From the human T2T-CHM13v2.0 reference genome, Homo sapiens, in assembly GCF_009914755.1 (NCBI RefSeq), contig NC_060929.1: a stretch of 64,000 nt of DNA; one strand, given 5' to 3'. A program made the translations under genes and the position numbers. Position 1 is the stretch's first letter. Each line of letters begins with the position of its first letter. The notes under the pieces are model-generated. The model made no database searches. It saw nothing but the letters and a program-made list of their open reading frames with translations, and was not told where the DNA came from. This document shows, piece by piece, positions 13,451 to 27,239 of the stretch.

Positions 13451-14450
13451 TGATGGTAGGCTGCTTCAATAATAGCAGATTCATGCATAAAAGACAGTAT
13501 AACATGATGTGTTCATCTAGAAGCACACAAAATTTCAAAGACATACCGAAAAAGTCAGAAATAGAAAAAGGTTAATCTCAGTTTGCTATATGGTCATATT
13601 TACCCCTCCAAAAAATGTAAAGTCAATATTCCAATAATCTCAAAAGTGCATTCTAACTTCCTCTTGGTTCCAATTGTTTTCATTAGCTTTAGTTCTCCAT
13701 ATGAGACTTCTTATTAGGCCTGTTACATATTTCTGTAATCTTTCAGGAGGTCAGGACCCCAGTCTCCTGCTATGCCCTTCATTATTCATTAGATAAGATC
13801 GAGATTATCTTCTCACCTGGAGGGCAGTGACAAAACTTTGGTGTAATTTAGGATCTCTTCTAATCTTTCCATCTGTTTGGATTAGGGAAGATTCCTGTGA
13901 ATGCTCAATTTCTTTGATCTTTTATTCAAAGGTCCTGGTTTGATAAGGTGGTTGGCAAGATTCTAGCGCCTTACTTTTTCCTTGGTCTTTTATTGAACCG
14001 AATTCCCTAAATTTTGCTTTAGGAAGAAAAAAGGCAATTCTTTAAGTGTAATGGGCTGCAGGGTCTCTGAAATTTAATTTAATACGATCTTCCATTCTAA
14101 AGGACAAAATAATATAACCATCTTTGCTGTGAACTGTGTGTAGAATATACTTGTATCAACTTCCCTTGCTTGCTGAGAGCATGTTGGGATAAATCACTGT
14201 GGTGTGATTTATGAAGTCCCCTCCTTCTCTCAGTCTCTCCCCAGCCTATTTGAGTTTCCTATCCAGGCATCAGGCCTTTCCTGACAGATATGATAGAATT
14301 GGTACTGGTAGTCACTCCCAGCAGGGTCTGTCTTTGATGTTTTATTAAGTGTATGATTTACTGTCTCTTCTTTTGATTTACTAACTAAAGTAAGAAATAA
14401 GAACGTTAGGTTGGTAACAATATCCAAATGGCCACTTTTAAGAAATTGCT

Positions 14451-14735
14451 GGCCGGGCGAGGTGGCTTATGTCTGTAATCCCAGAACTTTGGGAGGCCAA
14501 GGCAGGCAGATCACCCGAGTTCAGTTTGAGACCAGCCTGCCCAACATGGCGAAACCCCATCTCTCCTAAAAATACAAAAAAATAGCTGGGCGTGGTGGTG
14601 GGCACCTGTAATCCCAGCTACGCAGGAGAATCGCTTGAACCCAGGAGGTAGAGGTTGCAGTGAGCTGAGATCAGCCGCTGCACTCCAGCCTGGGCAGCAA
14701 GAGGGAAACTCCATCTTAAAAAAAAAAAAAAAAAG
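14451..14735 (+). mobile_element. AluS (Sq-like) with small internal deletions
   Basis: Dimeric Alu with poly(A); degenerate TSD aagaaattgct / aggaaattcct. Confidence 0.93.
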
Positions 14736-14911
14736 AAGGAAATTCCTTTAAATGTGTTAGTTTTCAGAACAGTGAGATCGCCACTAAGAGTATTTTCTCA
14801 TCATCAAGTATATGGCTAGATTGGAAAGTGATTCTATAATCAAAAAATGCCATTCAAAGAAAGTTTAAGCAATTGGCTAGCAGGAAAAGTGGTTACCTTC
14901 TCCCTTCCCCC

Positions 14912-14946
14912 GTGTGTGTGTGTGTGTGTGTGTGTGTTTGTGTGTA
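14912..14946. repeat. (GT)n microsatellite
   Basis: Directly visible. Confidence 0.95.
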
Positions 14947-15869
14947 TGTAAACTTACAAATTCTTTCCCCTGGTTAAAATAAAACACACACACAAAACAA
15001 TGATGACAACTGTAATTACATCCTGGCAACATTGAAAAAAAGAGAAATTGATCAGTGTTGCAAGCTTTTCTTTCTTCCTAATAATCATCGTTTCTGAATA
15101 CTAGAAAATAGAATGCCTGATGTTTATCACTACACACTAAAGGACACTTTAGGGAAGGCTAATATTTTGGCCTTTGGGACCTTGTTATGCTTGAAGCTTT
15201 ACTGGTGGAACATCAACATTCTTTGCTTTCTCTTTGTAAAATATTTGCTGTAAAGTGTAAATAAAGAAAGGAGAGTATTTCTTCACATTGCTATGCTAAA
15301 ACATCTGGCATCTGGGGTTGTGTTTATACCCTTCTGCACTGCAGGCAGTGCAGGAAGCCTCCTTCAAAGCAGTCTGGATTTTTCTTTCACCTCCTTGAAT
15401 GTCCAAAAAGTAACTTTTATGGTTTTTTTTTTTCTTTTGGAAGACGATTTTTGTCCAGCATATGGAGCATCTTAAATACTTGGGCCAAAAAACAAGTCAC
15501 TAGAAAGGGAAGTTCTCCAATTTATCTTACAGAACACCTGCTTATATCCTAAAGGGCTCTGTGTCACTCAAGGCTCCACCTACATTCTCAATATATAAGA
15601 TCCAAAAATAACATAGTGCTTTTTGGAATACAATCTCACTTTAAAATGCATTTCCACCTTGCCTGTTCCAAACAATATGATTACAAAGAATCAAACAATA
15701 GGATAAAGCAAATAAATAAGAACTTGGAGAGGAAATTAGGTAGAAATTGAATGGAAATTGAACAGAAAATAAGGACAGGGAAACAAAATTGAGTTTAATA
15801 CACAGAATGCATGCTGTATGCTCATTACAGGTGAGCTGCAAATTTGGATCTGAATTTCCTAGCAAACTA

Positions 15870-16435
<566 letters not shown>

Positions 16436-16639
16436 TCATGTTAAGAATATAGCAAGGGCCTTCACAGGGAGGTTGCAATGCTGTTCCTTAATGTAGGTCC
16501 ATTAAGTTCCTTCAGAGCAAAGTTCCAGAAAAGAATCCTAAAATATCATCTGAGAACACAGATTATTGGTGGTCTCACTGAAACTGAGGTTATAGTTTAG
16601 TTACTGACGGCTTATCCTTAAGAGAAATTCTCCATAAAT

Positions 16640-17060
16640 ATCCATTCATGTGTTTGTTTAACAAAATAAACCACTGGCTATGTGCCAAGCATTATTCCTG
16701 GTGCTGGGGTTATAGCAAAAAATAGACAATTTCTTTGTTTTCATGGAGTTTAAATCCTAGTGAGGATGGGAGAAACAGATAATTAAAAAATAAACGAGAA
16801 AATAATTTTAGAGAGTTATAATGAGAATACTAAGGAAAACCAAAGCAGAGTAGTGGTACAAACATGGACTGCTTTTGATAGGTTTGAGGCATTGACAATT
16901 GAGCTGAGATGAACAAGAAGAAGGAGCCAGACAAATACCTGGGAAACCCCAGCAATCCCAGGGGAGTGAACAGTAAATGTGAACATCAAGAAGTGGACTT
17001 GATCTTGGCAGGTTGAAGGGGTTTGTGGGATTGGGCTATACCGGACAAGGGGGATGGAAG
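16640..17060 (-). mobile_element. L2 3' fragment
   Basis: ctatgtgccaagcattattcctggtgctggggttatagca...tcatggagtttaaatcctagtg. Confidence 0.7.
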
Positions 17061-18597
17061 CAGAAATGCCCCAAGCGTGTATGGCTACAAATTCAGAACC
17101 AAATTTGCAGCTTACTTCTAATGAGCATAAAGTGCAAATTGGCAAAGGGCTCACCTACCTTAAATACTTGAATTCCATCATTTGGCCATTGTCATAGTAC
17201 CATAAAAATACAGTAGTTTTTTGGTATTGTATGATGTTAGAAAATGACCTTTGACTGACATGTTAGAAAATTATCATAATAAATACAGACATCTATGATA
17301 TCCTGTGATTTTTATTGATTGCTATTATAAAAATACTGCAACATTATTTTGGGAAAGATCATGGTCGATGGGACCACATTTAACATGGTAGTCAAAGTCT
17401 AACATAGGCCTTCATATTGCGGAATAGTGGGTGACACTAAACATTCTAACATAAATCTTCACAGATTCTGTGTGTCTGCTGGATGGAAATGGTCAGTTTT
17501 AGAGGTGCTAAAATTCTTTCAGGTGCCAAGGAGCCCCTCGAGGCACTGTATTAGAGAGAGATGGGTTATTAAATCATCACTTCAACTGTAAATCATCTCT
17601 GTGAGTGATTTACTCCCTTGTCCTTGCAGGATTGAGAAATTATTGCGAAAAAGAAACCCCAGGAATATAGCTCTTAACTAGAAAGACATTATCTCAGGTT
17701 TAAAAATATCTCTAATCAGTTAAACAACAGTATTCTGAGTTGCAGAAAATATAGAGCACAATGATGGTACTGGAAATGAAATGTAACAGAACGATGAAAT
17801 CTATAAATCACAACTCTGGAAGTCTTAAGCAAGTCCTAATGTTTAAAGACAGCATCCTTTGATATTCTACTAATTGCTGCAAAGGGTGTTTAGAAATAGC
17901 AGAATTTTCTAGGAAAAAATAATGATGCACTTTTAGTTTAAAGTGACACCATCTTTTAAGATTTGACAACATCTTGGAAACAGCTGCCATAACATCTTTT
18001 TTCATATTTGCTTAGTTAACATCATTGTGACATTAGTCTATGGCTGCCAATAAATTTTCATTAAAAATATTTGTTTAATATGAGAAGGCTCCAGAAGGGA
18101 AGGTATTTAAATCTAGAAACTGAAACAAACCAACATGTTATCTAATAATAATTTATAAAATATTATATTCTTATTTTACATGCTATATAGGAAGATAATT
18201 GATGGTTAATTGGAGGACAAAAATTCTTTAAAATGACAAAATTCCTCCTACTTTGTCAGACTATAAATTTCTATGAACTTAGCATTTGTTGTTCAACTTG
18301 AGTAAATGTTATATCCATTTCCTTGGCATTATATCTTCTTTCCTTTCGTTCAGTTTAAAAGGAGGACCACAACTATATTTCCAAGGAATTCACAGCATTT
18401 TATAGATTAATACAAACTGATAGTTTGGGACCTATTCATCTCTAAGCTTTCTTTAGTTCTCTCTCCTTCACAAATGGGTGAATTGACATAAATCTATTCT
18501 TCCTACTCATCGTCTCTCTGCCCCTGTGAATGTCATCATCTTGTGTTGATTGAGAGGACTGGGTGTGAGAACATAAAATATCAAGGCATCTCAAGTA

Positions 18598-20167
18598 GAG
18601 CCATGTACCAAATAACAACATTTTGGTCCATGATGAACTGCATATGTGATGGTGGTCCTCTAAGACTAAAATGAAGCTGAAAAATTCCTATTGCCTAGAG
18701 GCGTCATAACCACAGTGCAACGTATTACTCATATATTTGTGGTGATGTTGGTGTAAATGAAACTACTGTGCTGCCAGTCATATTAAAGTATAGCACATAC
18801 AATTATGCACAATACATAATACTTGATAATAATAATGAATGATTAGTTACTGGTATATGTGTTTACTATATTATGCTACATTATATATTTTATTGTTATT
18901 TTTGAGTGCACTCCTTCTACTTATAAAAAAAAAAGTTGTCTGTAAAACAGCTTCAGGCAGATACTTTAGGAGGTATTCCAGAAGGAGGCATTGTTATCAC
19001 AGGAGAGGACAGTTCCATATGTGTTTTTGCCCCTGAAGAGTTTCCAGTGGCACAAAACATGGAGGTGGAAGACAGTGATATTGATGATCCATCGATGATC
19101 CTCACCCTGTGTAGGCCTAGGCTAATCTGTGTGTGCACGTCTTAGTTTTTAACAAGAAAGTTTAAAAAGTTAAAAATATTTTTAAAATAGAAAAAAGGCT
19201 ATAAAATAAGGATATAAAGAAAAAATATTTTTATACAGCTGTATGATATGTTGGTGTTTTAAGTTAAGCATTATTACAAAAGAGTCAAAAAATTAAAAAA
19301 TTAAAAAGTTGACAAAGTAAAAAAATTACAATAAGCTAAGGTTAATTTATTACTGAAGGAAGAAAAATATTTTTATAAGTTTAGTGTAGCTTAAGCATAC
19401 AGGGTTTATAAAGTCTACAGCAATGCACAGTAATATCCTAGGACATCACCTTTACTCACAAGTCATTCCCTGACTCACCCAGAGTAACTTCCAGTCCTGC
19501 AAGCTCCATTCATGGTGTACACCTATACAGGTGTACCATTTTTTATCTTTTATACAATATTTTTACTATATCTTTTCTATGTTTAGATACACAAATACTT
19601 ACCATTGTATACCAGTTGCACACAGCATTTGGTACAGTAACTTGTTGTACAGCAGGAGTCCTCAGACCCTGGGCTGGAGACTGGTATTGGTCCTGGCCTT
19701 TTAGGAACCGGGCCACACAGCAAGAGGTGAGTGGCAGGCCAGTGAGCATTACTGCCTGAGCTCCACCTCCTATCAGATCAGTGGTTGCATTAGAGTCTCA
19801 TAAAAGAGCAAACCCTATTGTGAACTGTGCATGTGAGGGATCTAGGTTGTGCACTCTATGAGAATCTAATGCCTGATGATCTGAGGTGGAACAGTTTCAT
19901 CCCCAAACCATCACTTCTCCCCACCCCCCTCAGTCCATGGAAAAATTGTCTTCCGCAAAATCAGTCCCTGGTGCCAAAAAGCTTGGGGACTGATCCTGTA
20001 CAAGTTTGTAGCCTAGAAGCAGTAGGCTATATATGATATAGCCTAGGTGTGTAGTAGGCTGTACCATGTAGGTTTGTGTAATATACTCTCTGATATTCAC
20101 ACAATGATGAAATTACCTAATGATGCATTTTCCAGAACGTATCCTTATCATTGGCAATACACAACTC
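18598..20167 (+). mobile_element. Tigger3b-like (TcMar-Tigger) DNA transposon, interrupted by MER1B
   Basis: Characteristic gctgaaaaattcctattgcctag and cagaacgtatcc ends; TA dinucleotides flank both termini (18596-18597, 20168-20169). Confidence 0.88.
19653..19995 (+). mobile_element. MER1B (hAT-Charlie) nested in Tigger3b
   Basis: Consensus-like gagaatctaatgcctgatgatctgaggtggaacagtttcatcccc; degenerate 8-bp TSD ttgtacag / ctgtacaa. Confidence 0.9.
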
Positions 20168-20528
20168 TACCTTCTGGAACAGGCAAATTATGTTATTCAC
20201 TGGAAAAAGATTAGTTGCTCTACAAGCAAAGAGTACTACAAGTCCATTCATATTAGTCAGAATTTCCCACACTAAAATAATCCTATCCTCATTTTAGATT
20301 TAAAGACCCACCTTATCCCATCATCATCTAACTAAAAATTATTTGCTTTGCCAGTGCTAGGTACAGCACTTTTCTAGAATGTCCAGACATCAAATCTCTT
20401 GTCTCTGCTGCAGAAAGTTAAGCAGAAATGTGGAAGTTCTTCAGTTCTTGGCACCAGTGGAGACAATGGTCTTGAATTACTGTATCAAGCTTCACAAACC
20501 AATGTTCACTTCACTCAAAAGCTGTCTA

Positions 20529-20845
<317 letters not shown>

Positions 20846-21079
20846 TCACTAGATAGTGAGACATTAGGATGAATATAAAACATCATAATTTGCTACAAAT
20901 TTTGCTAAAAGCATAAATAATCACAGTCTCTATGTTATTAGGAAACAAAACTTAGCAAGTTTTAAAGATTTATAGTATGCAGGGGCTTTGTTACCTCCAA
21001 AAAGAAAGGGGAGCTTCTCTAGAAGAATGCTTTCTGGAAAAAAAAACGACCTCTCAGCAATAGCTAACATGTCAGCAGC

Positions 21080-21275
21080 CTCTTCCTCTGTGCAGAGAAC
21101 CCTGCTGAGTTCCTTGTGTGCATTATTTTATTCTCTCATCACAAAATTCTTGTGGACTATTTATCATCACTACCATTTCACAGCACCAAGGTTTAGAAAT
21201 GTTCAGACTTGACCAAGTTTATACAGCTAGAAGAGTACTTGATTTTGAATATTGCTGCCTGCCCACTTAACATGG
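21080..21275 (-). mobile_element. MIR
   Basis: ccatttcacagcaccaaggtttagaaatgttcagacttgaccaagtttatacagctag. Confidence 0.6.
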
Positions 21276-22507
21276 TTATGAGTAATGTGAGCAGCTTAGC
21301 ACAGAAACATCCAAGAATCAGGTTTGATGGGCTGAGAGATACAATATCAAGTAAATGCAAAATGAAGCTATTTTCCGAAATGAATATGGCTTGTCCTGGA
21401 GATAATTTTGTCGATGAAAGCCAGGCTGAATCCTGCTAATTATTTAGAAAGAAAAATCAAAACTGATACCAAAAAAATGTGGGTTTCTAAATTTATCAAA
21501 GTCGTTCACTTCCAATTTATTTCTACATGATCTCTTTTCCTCCCTGAAATCCTAAATTGCTATGGGAGCAGGGGAACAGAAAATATGAATGTGGAACTTT
21601 GGGTAGAATATAATAAAAAACTTTAAATTTTTTTAAGTAATGCATTTGTGATGAATTATGAAAAGAACTGGAAAAATGTGGGCCATAGGGTAAACAAATA
21701 AACAAAATACAAAAGAAAAAAATCCAACCTAATTGAAAGCATCCTTTTTGTCTCCTCAATTTTCTTTACATTTTTTTGTATTTTAGAATTCAAGTCTGGA
21801 TATGGACAGTATAAATGGTTTAAATAACACAACAAACACAACATTACCTTTCTGTGCCTCACTCTCTTCTTTTGGGTGTGTGAGAGTAGCAGGGTGTAGC
21901 AGCAATAAACTCTGGTATAATTGTGGTATTAGATTATCATATATACTCAAAGAGTATCCATTGAGTGAATTAATGAAAGAAGGCTTAAAGTGAGTAAATC
22001 ATATGAGTCATTTTCTGAAAAGCAATTAATTACATTTAAGGATGGAACAAGATCATTTCTAAATTATGAGGAAAAGAGCAGGGCAGGTTATATTATTGTT
22101 ATTTGTTATATATAAATAATAGAAAATCCATCTATATGGTAAAAAATACGAGTTTACAGGTAATGTATTTATATCCTACAAAATCATTTGTTGACTGATT
22201 ACTTCCACTCCCCTGTCTCTTAGGGAGGGTGACTGATTGAATGGAACTTGATCTTTCAATTCAGAGTCAGAACATACTCTTCCCAGGGCCTAAGAAACTC
22301 AAGGTACATAGGGCAAGTGAGAAAGATCCAGAAAGTCTTTATTTTAAATCCTACATGAATGATGACAATATTGAGATTCAAAGTGCCTCTTCTAACCAGG
22401 ATAGTCTAAAGAACTATTCATTTTTCAGATAAAAGAGGTCTAGCATTATTAGCTTTCTTTTCTTTCATTGGCCTCACTAGATTCTAAAAAGCTTGGGGGA
22501 ATCACTA

Positions 22508-23095
22508 TGGTAGATATTTGTGGTTTACGTTCACCTCATCCTTTTCCACTCCCTCTTTCTTGCCTTTGCTCTGAATTTCCTAACTGTGTAGTTTGCCAAG
22601 GATATGCCATACTCCTAACTCTATTTAGTCCAGACTGACTTAGACCAATCCTCATAATTCATATTCCTGACTGTAATGGTTCAGGGGTAGGCACATACAC
22701 AAACCAGGCCAATGAGGGCTGGGAGACTCAATGTGGGGATTTGAGATTGAGGGATCTGGGAAGTAGACATTCTCATTTTACACTGGAAATGAATGAGGAA
22801 GTATTTAACATCAGGAGCTTTTTATTAGACAGCATTTCTTTAAATCACACAGAGCTTTTAGTCAATACTTCTCTAGAAGTCCACAAGGGGTACCCAACCT
22901 GAGAATGAAGCCACCACCAAGAAATATGAGCCTATAAATGGGGGGAGAGAAACCAGATTTTTGGTGATATCATTGAGCTAACAGATCAAACCTGAAGCCT
23001 GAACACTTTTCATTAAGATAGGCCAAGATAATTCCCTTTATTTTTAAAGACACTTGGACATGGCTGGAGTGCTAATTGCAACAGAAAGAAGAGGA
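22508..23095 (+). mobile_element. Old MaLR LTR (MLT1K/L-like)
   Basis: cctgagaatgaagccacc, tgatatcattgagcta, taattccctttatttttaaag and ttgcaacagaaaga motifs. Confidence 0.65.
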
Positions 23096-24090
23096 ATTGA
23101 TATAGGGATATACTTTTTATTAGACACGGCCTCACACACAGTGAGTTAAATAATGGAATGTTCCTAAAGCATGTTCTCTCAAACTTTAACACCTAGTTTT
23201 TAAAAATGATTCTTATTTTATCATTGCTATGTCAGGACATCTAAGTGATTATTTTATCTAAGGTCAACAAGAGGAGTTAAAACCCTTCAAAATTGTTTGT
23301 TCAATAGATTTACACTTAACCTATGAGTTATTTATTTCCTTGGAAATCTGTAAAGCAGATTGCTTTCCTAAATTTTTTGTTTGTAATCTGTGACTTTTTT
23401 GTCAGGCGATCCTTTGCATTTGCTCAACAAGTGAAACAAATTACTTTTTAAATATGTCTTGAACTATCATTCATTTTGAGAAGAACTTCAACTGCTCTTA
23501 CAGACTATCTCAGAATATTTTGAGAAATAGATACAAGACTTGTTTAGGCACGCACATTCACGCTTACTACTGTTTCCATGCCAATTTTTAAGTCCTGCCA
23601 GAGAACCCTAGACACCCTGCAGACACTATGTCACATGCTGGGCAGACATGGAACAGGGCTTCACATTGTGCAGCATGGTAGCGATTTCAGGTGTCACTCA
23701 GAACGAAGTGTATCCCCAGCTTCTCAAAGATCTTTGGACTGACTGCCAACTAATGAATCAATTAAATCATGCTATGACTTTTGACTCCGGAGATAAGTCA
23801 CACCCCTTAGTAAAGCTAATATTGTTTAACTTTAGTCCCTCAAAATACTTTGATCTGTGTGTTAGGTATTTTTGTTTTGTTTTGTTTTTTACTTTGAGTT
23901 GTCAAAAGCACTGAAGGAATGCTAAAATATGTTGAATGCTTACCCAGTGTCAATGCAATCATGTATGTTGTTTCATTTCAGTCTTTTACAAATCCTGTGC
24001 ATTATATATCATCTTCATTTTACGGATTAGGAGATAAACTTAGCTTAAGTCATATGTGATAGCTAGTAAGAAAAGGAAAAATGCTGAGAA

Positions 24091-24122
24091 TAATGATGAT
24101 GATGATGATGATGATGATAATG
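24091..24122. repeat. (GAT)n microsatellite
   Basis: Directly visible. Confidence 0.92.
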
Positions 24123-24639
24123 GAATTGGACTCCTTTGTCACTGACTAGCGTCAGCTCATATTTTAGCTTACCACACAGCTTTTCTGGAGAATGGTCATT
24201 TCTTATAATTTTATAGGGCTAACCTGAAGTGCTTACTATAACTTAGATTATTGGTCAAAGTAGAATTGAGAAGCCAGTGCATATCAGACAGCATTTCCTT
24301 AAATCACAAATAGTTTGCTGTGTAGCAGTTTGTAAAAAAGAAGAGAATTCAATGAGTACAAATCTGCAAAATTGTGAGAGGCACTGGGAATTTTTTGACC
24401 TACCTCTTTCATTATTTTAAGTTGAAGCTGCAGGACATCTAGACACATAGTCACAGAATCACTTATCCAGAACCACTGGAACTCGAAACATGTCACCCTG
24501 GTTTGATGTTTCATACTCTTATATGACTCCAAGGATAAACTAGTAATAAAGTAAATTTAAAGGGATTAGAGAAGGAGGAAGGAACTTGCTGGGGAGAGCC
24601 ATAATAGTTAAATCCAAGTAAAAATTAAGTTACCCAAGT

Positions 24640-26140
24640 GACAATTTAATATGCTCATGGCTTAAGGAGAAATAAGATTTTTATTAATAAGGAGTAAAAT
24701 AAATTCAACATTGTGCTCGGCGTATTATTATTTGCTACCCCTATATTCGTTATTAAGAACTACGATAAGATACAGGCACATCACCCCCCACTTTAAATTG
24801 TGGGAGAAAAGTAAAAGAAAAAACAAATAATAAAATAACAGAGGACTCCAGTGACAAAATGGAGATGTGGTGCTAGTAGAAAAGAAAAGAGAGAAAATGG
24901 ATTATAAAAAAAAAGATAAATAAAAGATGAGGCAGAATAAGAAAAAAAACAACAACCCAGGAGCAAATTTGAATTGCTTCTATATATTATATAACATTTT
25001 CTTAAACATTTTTGTTGGCTAATATCAATCAGTACTTTTATCTTTCATAGGCTAAGCACAAAGACATAGCTGGAAATTGCATAAAGATAACCTTCAGCTT
25101 CACAAAAACAAACAAACAAACAAACAAAACAACACCATGGTTTGTGGCCACATATGTCATGCATTGGGCAACTCCAGAGGGCACCATTCATATAGACTAT
25201 GATGGGAATGATACACCATGGAGTTGATCACTGCATGACCTACTTAATTGTACATTCCTGTCTAAGGAAGCTACTGGCTAGTTCGTTATATCACAAATGT
25301 TGTATTCTGTAACAGTAAATAGGTATTTTCCAAGATGTGATTTGGAGATATAATGTAGGTTTCTTACAAAACTGTAAAACAAGATGGCCACGAGAAAGGG
25401 ATTTTCCCAAAGGACCAAACAAGAAGTCCATATGTCCCAAAGCTCGTTACCTGCTATGTTGACATACACAAACTTCCAGATCTAGACAAATGGACAGTAA
25501 GATTTATTTTGAGAGTATCTGTGTTACTTTAAACAAAGGGCACAAAATGCTTTCTTAAAAGGTCATCCTTCAAATATCTGATTGTCACACTGTGAACCCT
25601 CACTTGTGACCAATACAGTTACTACACCTAAATAAATAGAGAGGAAGGCTTGCCCTGTGAAACACTTAAGAAAGAAATGGAAAAACTTGCAGTTTGTAAC
25701 CTCAGCTATGACCCTAACATAGTGTGTGGTCCTGAGAAAGCCATTTAACCTCTTGATGTCTCAGATTCCCTTTTAAGTCTTAAATTTCAGTGGGTGAAGT
25801 GAGGATAGGGTTTTGGAATTATCTCTCTTAAGACCCAGGAATGCTACAAGAATGACTGAATATTTTCTAAATGGAGAATAAAATTAAGTTTTCAATAGGA
25901 AAATATTTTCGCTAAGAGCTCTGTGTGGGGTGGATAAAGGAGTTTGAGTGATTTTAGATTTCGATGTTAAATTACTTTTAGTTTTTCTTTCCTAGAGGAT
26001 AATTTAATATGTTTGTGGGTTAAAGAGAAACACAATTTTTATTAATAAGGAGAAAAAAAAAGATCCAACATAGTTTTCCTTATATTAACATTTGCTATCC
26101 CCATATCCATTATGGGAATTGCAAAGTGATACAAGCATGT
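24640..26140 (+). repeat. Diverged direct duplication pair (about 24640-24778 and 25998-26137)
   Basis: Collinear shared blocks aatttaatatg, atttttattaataaggag, atttgcta, gataca(g/a)gca at constant offset 1358-1359. Confidence 0.85.
25135..25260. mobile_element. MER91A-like palindromic hAT-Tip100 MITE
   Basis: caactccagagggcaccattcatatagactatgatgggaatgatacaccatggagttg imperfect palindrome. Confidence 0.7.
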
Positions 26141-26306
26141 TGCTCTTGTATGTGGTATATAGAAATGTACCAGCAAACAGTACAGGATAGAAAGTCAGTT
26201 TATATAAGACAAATAAGGCACATTTTTAGTATTTAAAGAGCTGAAAGACATTTTCAGAGATTCCAGGTCCAATTGTTAAAAATAATTTTGTATCTCTAAT
26301 GATAAT

Positions 26307-26527
26307 TAGGGGTGTTCAATCTTTTGGCTTCCTTGGGCCACATTGAAAGAAGAATTGTCTTTGGTCACACGTAAAATATGCTAACACTAATGATGGCTGA
26401 TGAGCTAAAAAACAAATTGCAAAAAAAGTCTTTTAACGTTTTAAGAAAGTTTACAAATTTGTGTTGGGCCACATTCAAAGCCATCTGAGATGCATGTGGT
26501 GCCTGGGTCATGGGTTGGGTAAGCTTG
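26307..26527 (+). mobile_element. MER30 (hAT-Charlie)
   Basis: ggggtgttcaatcttttggcttccttgggccacattg...gtttacaaatttgtgttgggccacattcaaagcc...aagcttg. Confidence 0.9.
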
Positions 26528-26659
26528 GATTATAGATAAAATATAGACACTGTAACATAAAGTGTCCACACCCTGGAAACTTTAATATTTGGAGTTCTGT
26601 GCTATTGGTTCTTCGAATAGTTTCAAAATAGATCTAACATAGTTACTATTTACATAGTT

Positions 26660-26885
26660 ACAATAAATACCTACTATTTATTGAGTACCTAATATACATT
26701 TACTCGTTTAATATTTAATATCTAAATTAACTCATTTAAATATTCACAAATGGTAGAGGGAGAGAATGAATCCAGGGAGTCTAGGTGAGAAGCCCAGGCC
26801 AGAGACTATGAGGTAGAGGTTGTTGTTACACCAGTTTTAGAAGTGAGGAGACTGAGGCACAGATAGGTGGAGTCACTTGAGAAAT
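26660..26885 (-). mobile_element. MIR with an internal non-MIR insertion
   Basis: ttattgagtaccta...ctcattt...ctatgaggtag...gaggagactgaggcacaga. Confidence 0.7.
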
Positions 26886-27239
26886 GTAAATGGTAGGCTA
26901 ACATTGTCTTTATGGTAGAATTATGAACTACACAAGAGATGGTCCGTCATGGCTCTACCATAATAGCACAGGCAGGTGTTCTATCTCAACAGACAAAACG
27001 AAGTTGAAGAGTTAGGGCTTCAGGAAATACAATATACAAAACTAGTTTAGAACATGCTCTTGGAGCTAATCACTAGGAAATCCAAGTTAGGGCACCCCCG
27101 TGGCACTTGAGCATTTACTCCAGCTCTGGGAATGCTGTGGAAAGAGAAATGGAAATCCAAGTACCAGCCACATTGGCTAGAAATCCAGGTCTCATGGGTA
27201 TTTGCCTATCCAATTTATGAAGTTTTTTTGACTACAGAG

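Noticed and set aside
10130-13830. Other CTCF-like words (acaggaggtggca near 10133, ccaccatatggtg near 13235, cacctggagggcag near 13814)
   Set aside because: Two or more core mismatches each; expected by chance in 64 kb.
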